DNA of 64,000 nt, taken from contig DASWJP010000109.1 in NCBI GenBank assembly GCA_036397065.1, positions 32,538 to 96,537 of the forward strand, given 5' to 3'. The DNA is from Kiloniellales bacterium (lineage in GTDB: Bacteria; Pseudomonadota; Alphaproteobacteria; Kiloniellales; J153). The position numbers and the translations under genes were made by a program. Positions 27,447-37,050 of the stretch are shown here, in pieces. A model generated the notes under the pieces. That model was not told the origin of the DNA. It saw only the letters and a program-made list of their open reading frames with translations, and did no database searches. Positions within the stretch are counted from its first letter, which is position 1; every line of letters begins with the position of its first letter.

Positions 27447-28793
27447 TCAGTACGCGCCCAACACCTGCCGCAGGGTCGTGCACATCTCGTCGATATGCGC
27501 CTTCTCGGCGACCAGTGCCGGGGCGAAGATCCCGGAATCGCCGGTGAATTTGATGTGCAGGCCGGCGGCGAATAGCCGTTTCTGGGCATCGTATCCGCGC
27601 GCCCCGGGCTTGCCCGCGGGCGCCAGGTCGAAGCCGGCGAGCATGCCATAGCCCCGGATATCGGTGATGACCGGCAAGTCACTCAGCGCGAACACCGATT
27701 CAAGCATATAGGACGACAGCGCCGCGGCGCGCTCGAACAGCCCCTCCCGCTCATAGATCTCCAGGGCCGCCAGGCCCGCAGCGCAAGCGGCCGGATGGGC
27801 CGAATAGGTGTAGCCATGAAAGAACTCGACCGCACCCTCGGGCGCGCCATTGACGATGGTTTCGTAGATCTTGTCGCTGACCGCCACGGCGCCCATAGGC
27901 TGCGCGCCATTGGTCAGCGCCTTGGCCATGGTCATGATATCCGGCGTCACGCCGAAGCTTTGCGCCGCGAAGGCCTTGCCGGTGCGGCCGAAGCCGCAGA
28001 TCACCTCGTCGAACACCAGCAGGATACCGTGGCGGTCGCAAATGTCCCGCACCCGTTCGAGATAGCCCGTGGGCGGCACCAGGACGCCGGTCGAGCCGGC
28101 GATCGGCTCGATGAAGCAGGCGGCGATGGTGCTGGTACCGTACAGATCGACAAAGCGCTGCAGATCGTCGGCCAGTTCCGCGCCGGCCGCCGGTTGCCCC
28201 TTGGTGAACCGGTTTTCCGCCAACCAGGTGTGGCGCATATGGGCGATCCCCGGCATCACCGCGCCGAAGGTCTCCCGGTTCGGCCGCATGCCGCTCAGCG
28301 ACAGGCCGCCGATATTGACGCCGTGATAGGCACGCTCACGGGAGACGAAGCGAACCCGCTGGCCCTCGCCGCGCGCCCGATGATAGGCCAAGGCGATCTT
28401 GATCGCCGTATCCACGGATTCGGAACCCGAATTGGTGAAGAAGACATAGTTGAGATCGTCGGGGGCCAGGGCGGCCACGCGGCGGGCGAGCTCGAACGCG
28501 GCCGGGTGGCCGAGCTGGAAGGGTGGCGCGTAGTCGAGCTCCCGCAGCTGCTTGGCAACCGCATCCGCGATCTCGGGCCGGCCGTGACCGGCCGCGCAGC
28601 AGAACAGGCCGGAGCTGGCATCGATGATCTTGTTGCCCCGTTCATTCCAATAGTAGACGCCTTCGCCCTTGGCCAGCAGCCGGGGCGCCGCCTTGAAATC
28701 ACGGTTGCTCGTGAAAGGCATCCAGTGTTGTTCGAGACTGTTCGCTGCATACCGCACGGGAAATTCTCCATTGGCCTGGCACCGGCGCGACAC
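27447..28793 (-). CDS. Class III (omega-amino acid:pyruvate / beta-alanine-pyruvate type) aminotransferase.
   Basis: HWMPFTSNRDFK N-terminal motif, and a PLP-lysine region DIMTMAKALTNG. GTG start at 28793. Confidence 0.85.
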   Translation of the reverse strand: MSRRCQANGEFPVRYAANSLEQHWMPFTSNRDFKAAPRLLAKGEGVYYWNERGNKIIDASSGLFCCAAGHGRPEIADAVAKQLRELDYAPPFQLGHPAAFELARRVAALAPDDLNYVFFTNSGSESVDTAIKIALAYHRARGEGQRVRFVSRERAYHGVNIGGLSLSGMRPNRETFGAVMPGIAHMRHTWLAENRFTKGQPAAGAELADDLQRFVDLYGTSTIAACFIEPIAGSTGVLVPPTGYLERVRDICDRHGILLVFDEVICGFGRTGKAFAAQSFGVTPDIMTMAKALTNGAQPMGAVAVSDKIYETIVNGAPEGAVEFFHGYTYSAHPAACAAGLAALEIYEREGLFERAAALSSYMLESVFALSDLPVITDIRGYGMLAGFDLAPAGKPGARGYDAQKRLFAAGLHIKFTGDSGIFAPALVAEKAHIDEMCTTLRQVLGAY

Positions 28794-28914
28794 CGCGCCG
28801 GATGATCGATTTCCCTAAGGCTACGCGGGAACAGCCGAGTGAAATAGGGCCAGTTCGTGTTTTCTTACGGGCCAGGCGGGAGGCAAGGCCCGGGACAACG
28901 GGCCGGTTACCGTT

Positions 28915-29814
28915 CTAAGCCTGGGGCGCCGAGGCGGCAGCTTGCGGCTGGCGGCCGTGGCTCTCGAGCTTGGCCGCGTCCGCGCCGGGCGCCTGCCGGG
29001 CGTTCTCGCGGCGGCGCAGAAGCTCGTAAGAGACCGCGCCGATCAGGGTGATGCCGATGATGATGACCGCCAGGGCGCTCAACTCCGGCGTCGTGCCCAT
29101 GCGGACCCGGCCCGCCAGCACGGTGGTCAGGGTGCTCTCGGCCTGGATCGTGAACACGGTGGTGTTGTAGTTCTCGAACGAGGTTAGGAAGGCGAGGACG
29201 GCGGCGGAGAAGATCGCCGGCCGCAGGAACGGCAGCAGGATCTGCCGGAACACCTGCCCATGGGTGGCCCCCAGATCGAGCGCCGCCTCTTCCTGCGAAT
29301 AGTCGAAACGTTGCAGCCGCGCCAGAAAGACCAGCATGCAATAGGCAGCGATAAAGTTGGACTGGCCGACGATGGTCAGGAAGATGCCGTCATAGAAGAG
29401 GGTTTCGTAGTCGGCGTTCAGGGCCGTTCCCATGCGGTCCCAAAAGACCAAGGTCGAGATGCCCAGGATCACCCCCGGGGTCAGCACCGGCGAGACCACG
29501 ATGGTGTAGTAGATCGACCGGGCGCGGCGATGAATCTGCGTCATGACGATGGCCCCGGCCAGACCGATCGGCACCGAGAGGCAGATGACGCCCAGACCGA
29601 TCCACAGGCTGTTGCCGATGCCTTGCAGCAACAGATCGTCCCTGGCCAGCTCGGTGAACCAGCGCAGGGTGAAGCCCTCCCACGGGTTCACCTGCGGGTA
29701 GGAGGTGGCGTTGAAGGCGGTGATTCCCATCAGCACCAGGGGACCGAACAGATAGGAAAAAAACAGCACAATGTATAAGCCGATCACCATCCTGAGCACT
29801 GTCTGCGAGGTCAT
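28915..29814 (-). CDS. ABC permease, PotC/PotI-like.
   Basis: Start MTSQTVLRMV at 29814 overlaps the upstream stop in ATGA. EAA loop QEEAALDLGATHGQVFRQILLP. The 502-aa track ORF is a false extension. Confidence 0.85.
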   Translation of the reverse strand: MTSQTVLRMVIGLYIVLFFSYLFGPLVLMGITAFNATSYPQVNPWEGFTLRWFTELARDDLLLQGIGNSLWIGLGVICLSVPIGLAGAIVMTQIHRRARSIYYTIVVSPVLTPGVILGISTLVFWDRMGTALNADYETLFYDGIFLTIVGQSNFIAAYCMLVFLARLQRFDYSQEEAALDLGATHGQVFRQILLPFLRPAIFSAAVLAFLTSFENYNTTVFTIQAESTLTTVLAGRVRMGTTPELSALAVIIIGITLIGAVSYELLRRRENARQAPGADAAKLESHGRQPQAAASAPQA

Positions 29815-30719
29815 CGGGCGATCTCCCCCAGCCCGACCTTGAACAAGCGCATGACGAGCAGAACGAAGAGGATGCAGGCAATGAGCAGAACGAAGGCATA
29901 GGCCGACCCCTGGGGCCAGTTGCCGCCCTGGTAGAACCAGTCGTAGATGATCTGCGTGAACCACAGGCTGCTGGGCCCGCCGAGAATCTGCGGCACGGCC
30001 AAAGCGCCCGCCGACAGCATGAACACCATGGTGCAGCCGGCGGCGATGCCCGGCTTCGCATAGGGCATGACAACGAAGAGATGAATGTGCCACCAGGGCG
30101 CGCCGAGATCGCGCGCCGCCTCGATCTGATTGTGATCCAGGCTCTCGACCGCGTTGTAGATCGGAAACATCATCAGCAGGAGGTAGGCATAGCTCAGGCC
30201 GGTATAGAGCGCGACGTCGGCGCGCAGGAAGTCGATCGGCTGGTCGATCAGGCCCAGCCCGATCAAGACCGTGTTGATCATGCCGCCCGAGGCGAACAGC
30301 AGGCGGAAGGCAAAGGCCCGCAGGATTTCGTTGACCCAGAACGGCAGGATCAGGACCAGCAGGAGCAGCCGCGTGCGGCCGCCATGAGCCACCTGGGCCA
30401 TGTAGTAGGCGAGCGGATAGCACAGGCAGAAGGCCAGCAAGGTGACGCAGATGCTGGCGACGATCGTCTTGAAGAAAACCCCAAGATGCAGCCAGTTCAG
30501 CAACGCATCGTCGGTCGATCGGCCGAAGATCAGGTAGCGATAATTCTGCAGCGTATAGATATCCTTCGGCCCGCCGACTTCGTTCAGCGGCAGGTTCAGC
30601 CGGAAGGAAAAATCGACCATGTAGAGCTGCGGCAGCACGATCATGAACACCACCCAGACCGTCACCGCCAGCACCAGGTAGGCTGAAACGAAAACGCCGT
30701 TGCGCCGAACGAACTTCAT
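29811..30719 (-). CDS. ABC permease, PotB/PotH-like.
   Basis: 6-TM profile. EAA loop IEAARDLGAPWWHIHLFVVMP. Confidence 0.85.
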   Translation of the reverse strand: MKFVRRNGVFVSAYLVLAVTVWVVFMIVLPQLYMVDFSFRLNLPLNEVGGPKDIYTLQNYRYLIFGRSTDDALLNWLHLGVFFKTIVASICVTLLAFCLCYPLAYYMAQVAHGGRTRLLLLVLILPFWVNEILRAFAFRLLFASGGMINTVLIGLGLIDQPIDFLRADVALYTGLSYAYLLLMMFPIYNAVESLDHNQIEAARDLGAPWWHIHLFVVMPYAKPGIAAGCTMVFMLSAGALAVPQILGGPSSLWFTQIIYDWFYQGGNWPQGSAYAFVLLIACILFVLLVMRLFKVGLGEIAR

Positions 30720-30776
30720 TCGGGGCGGCCTCCCCCGCCGGTGCCGGCGCGCCCGGAGATCAACGGCCGGCCTTCC

Positions 30777-31868
30777 TCACTCACCGGCCAGCGCCCCTTC
30801 CGGCAACACCACGGCCCGCTGCCGGTCGAAGCAGACCTCGGCCGCAGCACCTATGGCCAGCGGCAGGGCGCCACCGCTATGGGGCATCAGCAGCGTCACC
30901 TCCCGGTCGCCTTCGACGCGCAGAAACAGATTGACCGTCGGCCCCTCGAATTCCGCATTGGCCACCGTGCCGCGGATGACATTGGCCTCTCCATTGCCCC
31001 CCTTGCCGAGAACCAGCGCCTCGGGCCGGACGAAGACGATGGCCTTGTCGCCCGCCTTCAGCCCGTGCGAATTGCGCCCGATCAGGGGACCGACAGCCGT
31101 GTCGGTGACGGCGTATTCGCCTTCGATGCGGCTGACCCGGCCATAGAAGGGATTGTTCTCGCCCACGAAGGAGGCGACGAAGCTGGTCGCCGGATTGTCG
31201 TAAACCGTGGCGCCCTTGTCGATCTGCTGCACGACACCGTCGCTCATCACGGCAATGCGGTCCGACATGGTTAGCGCCTCGCCCTGATCGTGGGTGATGT
31301 AGATGAAGGTGATGCCGACACGTTGCTGAATGGCCCGCAGCTCGGTGCGCATGTGCTGCCGCAGCTTCAGATCCAGGGCCGACAGCGGCTCGTCCAGGAG
31401 AAGGACATCGGGTTCGACGGCCAAGGCGCGGGCAATGGCCACGCGCTGCAGCTGACCGCCAGAAAGCTCGCGGACCTTTTTGCCGCCATGGCCGCGCAGG
31501 GCAATCAACTCGAGCAGTTCATCCGCCTTGCGCCGCCGCTCAGCGGTGGAAACGCCCCGGACCCGCAGGCCATAGGTGATGTTTTCGGCGACCGTCATCA
31601 GGGGGAAGAGGGCCAGGTTCTGGAAAATCAGCGCCGTGGGCCGCTTGTTCGGCCCGGTCCCCTTCATGCTGCGGCCGCCGATCCGGACATCGCCCTCGGA
31701 CGGCTCCAGGAAACCCGAGATGGTCCGCAAAATGGTCGTCTTGCCGCATCCGGAGGGGCCGAGGAAGCTGAAGAACTCCCCTTCCTCGACCCGCAGGTGG
31801 GCGTCGCTGACCGCGACGAAGCTGCCGAATCGGACCGTGATGTGCTCAAGCTCGACGTCGGCGCTCAT
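30777..31868 (-). CDS. ABC ATPase, PotA/PotG-like.
   Basis: Start MSADVELEH at 31868 after a GGGAGGGGG RBS. Walker A GPSGCGKTT and signature LSGGQLQRVA. Confidence 0.9.
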   Translation of the reverse strand: MSADVELEHITVRFGSFVAVSDAHLRVEEGEFFSFLGPSGCGKTTILRTISGFLEPSEGDVRIGGRSMKGTGPNKRPTALIFQNLALFPLMTVAENITYGLRVRGVSTAERRRKADELLELIALRGHGGKKVRELSGGQLQRVAIARALAVEPDVLLLDEPLSALDLKLRQHMRTELRAIQQRVGITFIYITHDQGEALTMSDRIAVMSDGVVQQIDKGATVYDNPATSFVASFVGENNPFYGRVSRIEGEYAVTDTAVGPLIGRNSHGLKAGDKAIVFVRPEALVLGKGGNGEANVIRGTVANAEFEGPTVNLFLRVEGDREVTLLMPHSGGALPLAIGAAAEVCFDRQRAVVLPEGALAGE

Positions 31869-32036
31869 CGCGACATGTCCCCCTCCCTTCCCGGCCGGCC
31901 CGGGTTCGACGCCGGGCTCTTGCTTGGACGGCACCGACAGAGATGTCTGCGCGGCACCCGCTTATGGCCAACCTATTTACCATAAAGGCAGAAAGCCGTC
32001 ATCACGGGCGCGATCTCTCGCGGCCCGGTCATTTCG

Positions 32037-33569
32037 ATGCTAGACTTGGCGATTGCCGGGGAAGTAGTGCCAGTTCGGGAGATTTGGGTGGGCCACCGGA
32101 TGCGCGACGATTTTTTCCACCTGCGCCATGACGGCGAGGCCACCCTGCAGTCGCAGCTGCGCCAGATGCTGGTTTCAGCGATTCTTCAGGGCCAGCTGCC
32201 GAAGGGTGAGCCGCTGCCGTCGTGCCGGCGGCTGGCGCAGAACCTGTCGGTGGCGCGCAACACGGTGACGCTCGCCTACCAGGACCTGGCGGCGGATGGG
32301 TTCCTGATCGCGCGCGAACGGCGCGGCTACTTCGTCAACGAGCAGATCCTGGAGGGCCGGGCCAAGCGCATCGCGGCCGCGCCGGCGGCGGACCACCGCG
32401 CGCCGGATTGGGCCGCGCGGTTCCAGGTCCGGCCGTCGCAACAGCACAACATCGTCAAGCCGCAGAACTGGCAGCTCTATCCCTACCCGTTCATCTACGG
32501 ACAGTTCGATCCCGCCCTGTTCCCGATCGCGGATTGGCGGCAATGCTCGCGCCAGGCGCTCAGCGTCGATGCGGTGCGGGAGTGGGCCAGCGACAGCTTC
32601 ACCGAGGACGATCCGCTTCTGGTCGAACAGATCCGCACCCGCCTGCTGCCACGGCGCGGCATCCGGGTGACGGCGGACGAGATCCTGGTGACCGTAGGCG
32701 CACAGCACGCGTTGTACCTGCTGTCCAACCTGTTGCTGGCCGCCGGGACTACGGTCGGCTTCGAGGACCCCGGCTATGTCGATGCGCGAAACATCTTTTC
32801 CCTGACGACCCAGCGCATCCGCCCGCTCGCCATGGACGAACAGGGGCTGATCGTCGATGAACAGTTGAGTGGCTGCGATTACGTCTACGTCACGCCGAGT
32901 CATCAGTTCCCGACGACGGCGACCCTGTCCCTCGACCGGCGCACACGATTGCTGGAACGTGCCCGGCGTGACGACTTCATCGTCATCGAGGACGACTACG
33001 ACAGCGAGATCAACCATGGCGGCTCGCCCACCGCGGCGCTCAAGTCGATCGATGAAAGCGGCCGCATCATTTTCCTGGCCAGCCTGTCGAAGACCTTGGC
33101 GCCGGGCTTGCGCCTTGGCTACATGGTCGGGCCGAAGGCGCTGATCGCCGAGGCCCGGGCCCTGCGGCGCCTGATGCTGCGCCATCCGCCGACGAACAAC
33201 CAGCGGACATTGGCGACGTTTCTGGCCCTGGGGCACCATGACGCACTGTGCCGCCGCCTGCGCCATGCCTACCGGGACCGCTGGGAGGTAATGGGAGGGG
33301 CGCTGCAACGGCACCTGCCGACGTGCACGTTCCACCGGACCACCGGCGGCACCGCCTATTGGGTGGCCGGTCCGCCGGATTTGGATACCGCCGTGGTGGC
33401 ACAGGCCGCGGCGAAACGGGGCGTGCTGATCGAACCCGGCGCGGTGCACTTCATGGCCAAGGCCCCGTCGCACTATTTCCGGCTGGGCTTCTCCTCGATC
33501 CCGGTGAAACGGATCGAGCCCGGAATCCGCATTCTGGGCGAGATCATCGACGCGTGTTCCCGGCGGTGA
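32037..33569 (+). CDS. MocR/PdxR-subfamily GntR regulator (winged HTH fused to an aminotransferase-like domain).
   Basis: HTH segment LPSCRRLAQNLSVARNTVTLAYQDLAADGF plus a fold-type I AT domain with SLSKTLAPGLRLGY. Divergent from the transporter/aminotransferase operon. Alternative start at 32100. Confidence 0.85.
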   Translation: MLDLAIAGEVVPVREIWVGHRMRDDFFHLRHDGEATLQSQLRQMLVSAILQGQLPKGEPLPSCRRLAQNLSVARNTVTLAYQDLAADGFLIARERRGYFVNEQILEGRAKRIAAAPAADHRAPDWAARFQVRPSQQHNIVKPQNWQLYPYPFIYGQFDPALFPIADWRQCSRQALSVDAVREWASDSFTEDDPLLVEQIRTRLLPRRGIRVTADEILVTVGAQHALYLLSNLLLAAGTTVGFEDPGYVDARNIFSLTTQRIRPLAMDEQGLIVDEQLSGCDYVYVTPSHQFPTTATLSLDRRTRLLERARRDDFIVIEDDYDSEINHGGSPTAALKSIDESGRIIFLASLSKTLAPGLRLGYMVGPKALIAEARALRRLMLRHPPTNNQRTLATFLALGHHDALCRRLRHAYRDRWEVMGGALQRHLPTCTFHRTTGGTAYWVAGPPDLDTAVVAQAAAKRGVLIEPGAVHFMAKAPSHYFRLGFSSIPVKRIEPGIRILGEIIDACSRR

Positions 33570-33612
33570 GCGACGCAGGTGCCGAGCGGGAGCTAAAGCG
33601 ATAGCCGGTCCT

Positions 33613-34785
33613 TTGCTGATTCTGAATGCGGGTTCCTCCAGCCTGAAATTCGCCCTCTTTGCGCCGCCTCTAGGCGATGCCGATCCGCGGCTGATGCTTC
33701 GCGGGCAGATCGCCGGCATTGGTGTTGCGCCGAGTTTCGCGGCCACCGACCGCGACAGCATCCCGCTGCCCGCCGCGCGGGTGGACGGTGCCGTTCGAAA
33801 TCACACTGATGCTCTGGCGTTGTTGTTCGCGTGGCTGGCGCAGAATGGCCACGGCAGCGATTTTTCCGCTGCCGGTCACCGGGTGGTGCACGGCGGCACG
33901 CACTTTGCCGCACCGGCCCGGATCACACCACAGGTGATCGAGCAACTGGCAGCGCTCGAACCCCTGGCGCCACACCATCAGCCGCACAATGTCGCGGCGA
34001 TCCGGGCGCTCGCCGAGCGCCTACCTAACCTGCCGCAGGTCGCCTGTTTCGACACCGCGTTCCACACCACCCAGCCGGCGGAAGCCAAGAGCCTCGGCCT
34101 GCCGCCCGGTTTTGCCGAGCGCGGCCTGCAGCGCTATGGGTTCCATGGACTGTCGTACGAATCCATCGTCTTCGGCCTGCCCCGGCTGACGGGCGCGCCG
34201 CTGCCGCGCCGCCTGGTCATTGCCCATCTCGGCAACGGCGCCAGCATGTGCGCCGTCGAGAACGGCCGCAGCATCGCCACCACCATGGGGTTCTCCACCC
34301 TCGACGGCCTGGTCATGGGAACGCGCAGCGGCAGCGTCGATCCCGGCGCCCTCATCCACCTGATGCGCGCCGAATGCATGGACCACGCCGCCATCGAGGA
34401 TCTTCTCTACAACCGCTCCGGCCTGCTCGGGCTTTCGGGCGGGTTGAGCTCCGACATGAAAACATTGTTGGCCAGCGGCGATCCGGCGGCGCGGGTGGCG
34501 GTGGCACAGTATTGCTATCAAATCCGCCGCCATCTGGGCTCCCTCGCCGCGGCGCTGCAGGGATTGGACGCGCTCGTCTTCACCGGCGGCATCGGCGAGA
34601 ACGCCACCGCTGTCCGCGTCGCCGTCTGCCGCGAGGCGGACTGGCTCGGTATCGCCCTCGATGCGACGGCAAACGAGAGCGGCGGCCCGTTGATCACCGC
34701 GCCCGAAAGCCGCGTTCCGGTCTGGGTCATGGCGACCGATGAAGAGCTGACTATTGCCCGCCACTGCCGCAACCACGGCGGCTAA
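33613..34785 (+). CDS. ackA: Acetate (propionate) kinase.
   Basis: LILNAGSSSLKF N-terminus (TTG start). HRVVHGG and GFHGLS motifs. Confidence 0.85.
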   Translation: MLILNAGSSSLKFALFAPPLGDADPRLMLRGQIAGIGVAPSFAATDRDSIPLPAARVDGAVRNHTDALALLFAWLAQNGHGSDFSAAGHRVVHGGTHFAAPARITPQVIEQLAALEPLAPHHQPHNVAAIRALAERLPNLPQVACFDTAFHTTQPAEAKSLGLPPGFAERGLQRYGFHGLSYESIVFGLPRLTGAPLPRRLVIAHLGNGASMCAVENGRSIATTMGFSTLDGLVMGTRSGSVDPGALIHLMRAECMDHAAIEDLLYNRSGLLGLSGGLSSDMKTLLASGDPAARVAVAQYCYQIRRHLGSLAAALQGLDALVFTGGIGENATAVRVAVCREADWLGIALDATANESGGPLITAPESRVPVWVMATDEELTIARHCRNHGG

Positions 34786-34824
34786 ACAGCAGAGATCATC
34801 ACGGCCAAAGAGACACGGCGTTTG

Positions 34825-34840
34825 ACTTGTATAGACATGT
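34825..34840. promoter_or_regulatory. HutC/GntR-type operator candidate ACTTGTATAGACATGT (imperfect dyad), overlapping a TTGACT -35-like hexamer.
   Basis: Read from sequence. 12 of 16 positions are self-complementary. Has the TGTA..ACA core typical of HutC-subfamily sites. Lies about 60 nt upstream of hutC. Confidence 0.55.
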
Positions 34841-34898
34841 AATGATTAGATATCGGGAGGGAGCGCGGCCCGGTCACAGGCGGGCTTGAATCGCGGTC

Positions 34899-35717
34899 TT
34901 GCAACGCGGGAGCGACAGACTCTTGAGGCTCAAGGAAGACATATTCACCGGACCGCAACCGCTGTTTCAGCAGTTCAAGGACTACATTTTGGCCCGCATC
35001 CGGTCGGGCGAATGGCCCCCGGGCACGAAGATCCCCTCGGAGAATACGCTGGTCCGCGAACTTGGCGTCAGCCGCATGACCCTCAACCGGGGCCTGCGCG
35101 AGCTGATGCACGAGGGCTTCATCGCCCGCGTCCATGGCGTTGGCACGTATGTGCGCGACCTGCCGCACCAGACCAGCCTGATCGAGCTGCGCAACATTGC
35201 CGACGAAATTCGCGCCCTCGGCCATGAGCATAGCGCCGACATTATCAAGGCCGGGGATGCCGTGGCGACACGGGATCTGTCCGAGCGGTTCGGCGTGGCG
35301 GCGGGCAGCAACCTGTTCCACGTCGTCCTGGTTCACAACCAGGACGGCGTTCCCGTGCAGATCGAGAACCGCTTCGTCAACCCGGAGATCGTGCCGGATT
35401 TCCTGGACCAGGATTTCACCAAGCTAACCCCCACCGGCTATCTGGTATCCGTTGCCCCGGTCGGGGAGCTGGAGCATGTGGTCAAGGCCCGCATGCCGAC
35501 GTCCGAGGAACAGGATCTGCTGGACATCGAGCCGGCGGAGCCGTGCCTGGTCTTGCACCGGCGGAGCTGGTCGTGGGGCATGGTCGTTTCGGTTGTCACC
35601 TTCACCTATCCGGCGGGCCGCTATGAGTTGCGCGGCCGCTACCGCACGACGGCGATGGGCACCCTGGCGGAAAGCCACTCTCACCGCCCCGTCCTCGGCG
35701 AGATACCGAAACCATAG
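34899..35717 (+). CDS. hutC: GntR-family regulator of the HutC subfamily (wHTH plus UTRA domain).
   Basis: KIPSENTLVRELGVSRMTLNRGLRELMHEGFIARVHGVGTYV, plus a UTRA-like C-terminal half. The start is uncertain (TTG at 34899). Confidence 0.75.
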   Translation: MQRGSDRLLRLKEDIFTGPQPLFQQFKDYILARIRSGEWPPGTKIPSENTLVRELGVSRMTLNRGLRELMHEGFIARVHGVGTYVRDLPHQTSLIELRNIADEIRALGHEHSADIIKAGDAVATRDLSERFGVAAGSNLFHVVLVHNQDGVPVQIENRFVNPEIVPDFLDQDFTKLTPTGYLVSVAPVGELEHVVKARMPTSEEQDLLDIEPAEPCLVLHRRSWSWGMVVSVVTFTYPAGRYELRGRYRTTAMGTLAESHSHRPVLGEIPKP

Positions 35718-35790
35718 GAATGATGACATGGGAGTTGAACACTCCCGATTGGACAACACTGACCATCTATCGAAAACGAGGGAGGCAAGA

Positions 35791-36936
35791 ATGAAACTGC
35801 GTTCAATTCTGCACGGCTTGGCTGGCTGCCTGGCCCTGAGCGTTTCACCGGCGATTGCGGAAACGGTTCATATCGGCTTCAACGCTCCCTTGACCGGGTT
35901 TGCCGCCGCCGATGGCAAATCCGCTCTGGGCGGTGCCGAGCTGGCGGTTGAGCAAACCAACGCCGCCGGCGGCATCAATGGGGTCAACGTCGAACTGATC
36001 GTCTATGACGATCAGGCCTCGCCCGATGAGGCGGTGCCGATTGCCCAGAAACTGATCGAGAAGGATCAGGTGGTCGCCGCGGTCTCCGGCAGCTATTCAG
36101 GCTCGACGCGGGCCGCCGCCGGTATCTTCCAGGAGGCGGGTGTGCCTTACATTTCCGCCTATGCCATTCACCCGGATATCACCCGGGCCGGCAACTTTGT
36201 CTTCCGCACATCCTTTGTGGGCGAGGTGCAGGGCCGCGCCGGTGCCAAGTTGATCGGCGAAATGCTGGGCAAGAAGAAGGTGACCCTGATCACCCTGCAG
36301 AACGATTTCGGCAAATCCCTTACCGCGGGCTTCAAGGAAGCCGCCGGCAAGTATGGCATAGACATCATTTCGGAATATGAATACGGCATCAAAGACCGGC
36401 AGTTCGGCCCCATCGTCTCCAAATTGAAGAGCGATAACCCGGAGGCGATCTACGCATCCGGTTACTTCTTCACCGCCGGGCCGCTGGTCAATCAGCTTCG
36501 CGCAGCCGGGATAGAGGTTCCGGTCATCGGGCAGGAAGGATACGATTCGCAGAAGTTCATCGAGATCGCCGGCGCCGCCTCGGAGGGCACGATCATTACC
36601 ACGTCATTGGACCGCGATTCGAACACCATGGAAGCCAAGGACTTCATCGCCGCCTTCGAGAAAAGCGGCGACCGGAAGGTCGACATGGTGGCGGCCTCGG
36701 CCCATACCGCGGTGAAAGTGCTGGTGGAAGCCATGCGCAAGGCCGGCACCAGCGACCGAAAGGCGCTGCGCGATGCGATCGCGGCCACGAAGCTGACCGC
36801 ATCGACGGGCGAGATCTCGTTCAACGAGCTGGGCGAGGTCCGCAAGGATGTTCAGGTGCAAGTCGTCAAGGATGGCAACTGGCATCATTACGCGGTGATC
36901 AGCGATCCGGACTTGCTGGCGCCCCCGACCGAGTAG
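35791..36936 (+). CDS. Liv/HAAT-family periplasmic binding protein (set 1).
   Basis: GGGAGG RBS. Signal peptide MKLRSILHGLAGCLALSVSPAIA. PBP type I body. The track ORF 35452..36936 is a false extension. Confidence 0.85.
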   Translation: MKLRSILHGLAGCLALSVSPAIAETVHIGFNAPLTGFAAADGKSALGGAELAVEQTNAAGGINGVNVELIVYDDQASPDEAVPIAQKLIEKDQVVAAVSGSYSGSTRAAAGIFQEAGVPYISAYAIHPDITRAGNFVFRTSFVGEVQGRAGAKLIGEMLGKKKVTLITLQNDFGKSLTAGFKEAAGKYGIDIISEYEYGIKDRQFGPIVSKLKSDNPEAIYASGYFFTAGPLVNQLRAAGIEVPVIGQEGYDSQKFIEIAGAASEGTIITTSLDRDSNTMEAKDFIAAFEKSGDRKVDMVAASAHTAVKVLVEAMRKAGTSDRKALRDAIAATKLTASTGEISFNELGEVRKDVQVQVVKDGNWHHYAVISDPDLLAPPTE

Positions 36937-36947
36937 TCCTATCCTGA

Positions 36948-36982
36948 CCGGGACGCCGCGTCCGTTTGAGGCGGCGTCCCGG
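36948..36982 (+). terminator. 12-bp GC-rich stem-loop (CCGGGACGCCGC / GCGGCGTCCCGG) just after the binding-protein gene. A T5 run follows 10 nt later. Probably an intra-operon attenuator or mRNA stabiliser.
   Basis: Read from sequence. Confidence 0.45.
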
Positions 36983-37050
36983 CAGCAGGGGTTTTTCGGC
37001 GCTGCCGCCAGCCCCGCCCGCGTTTCACCTTACGTCCGGCAAGCGATCTC

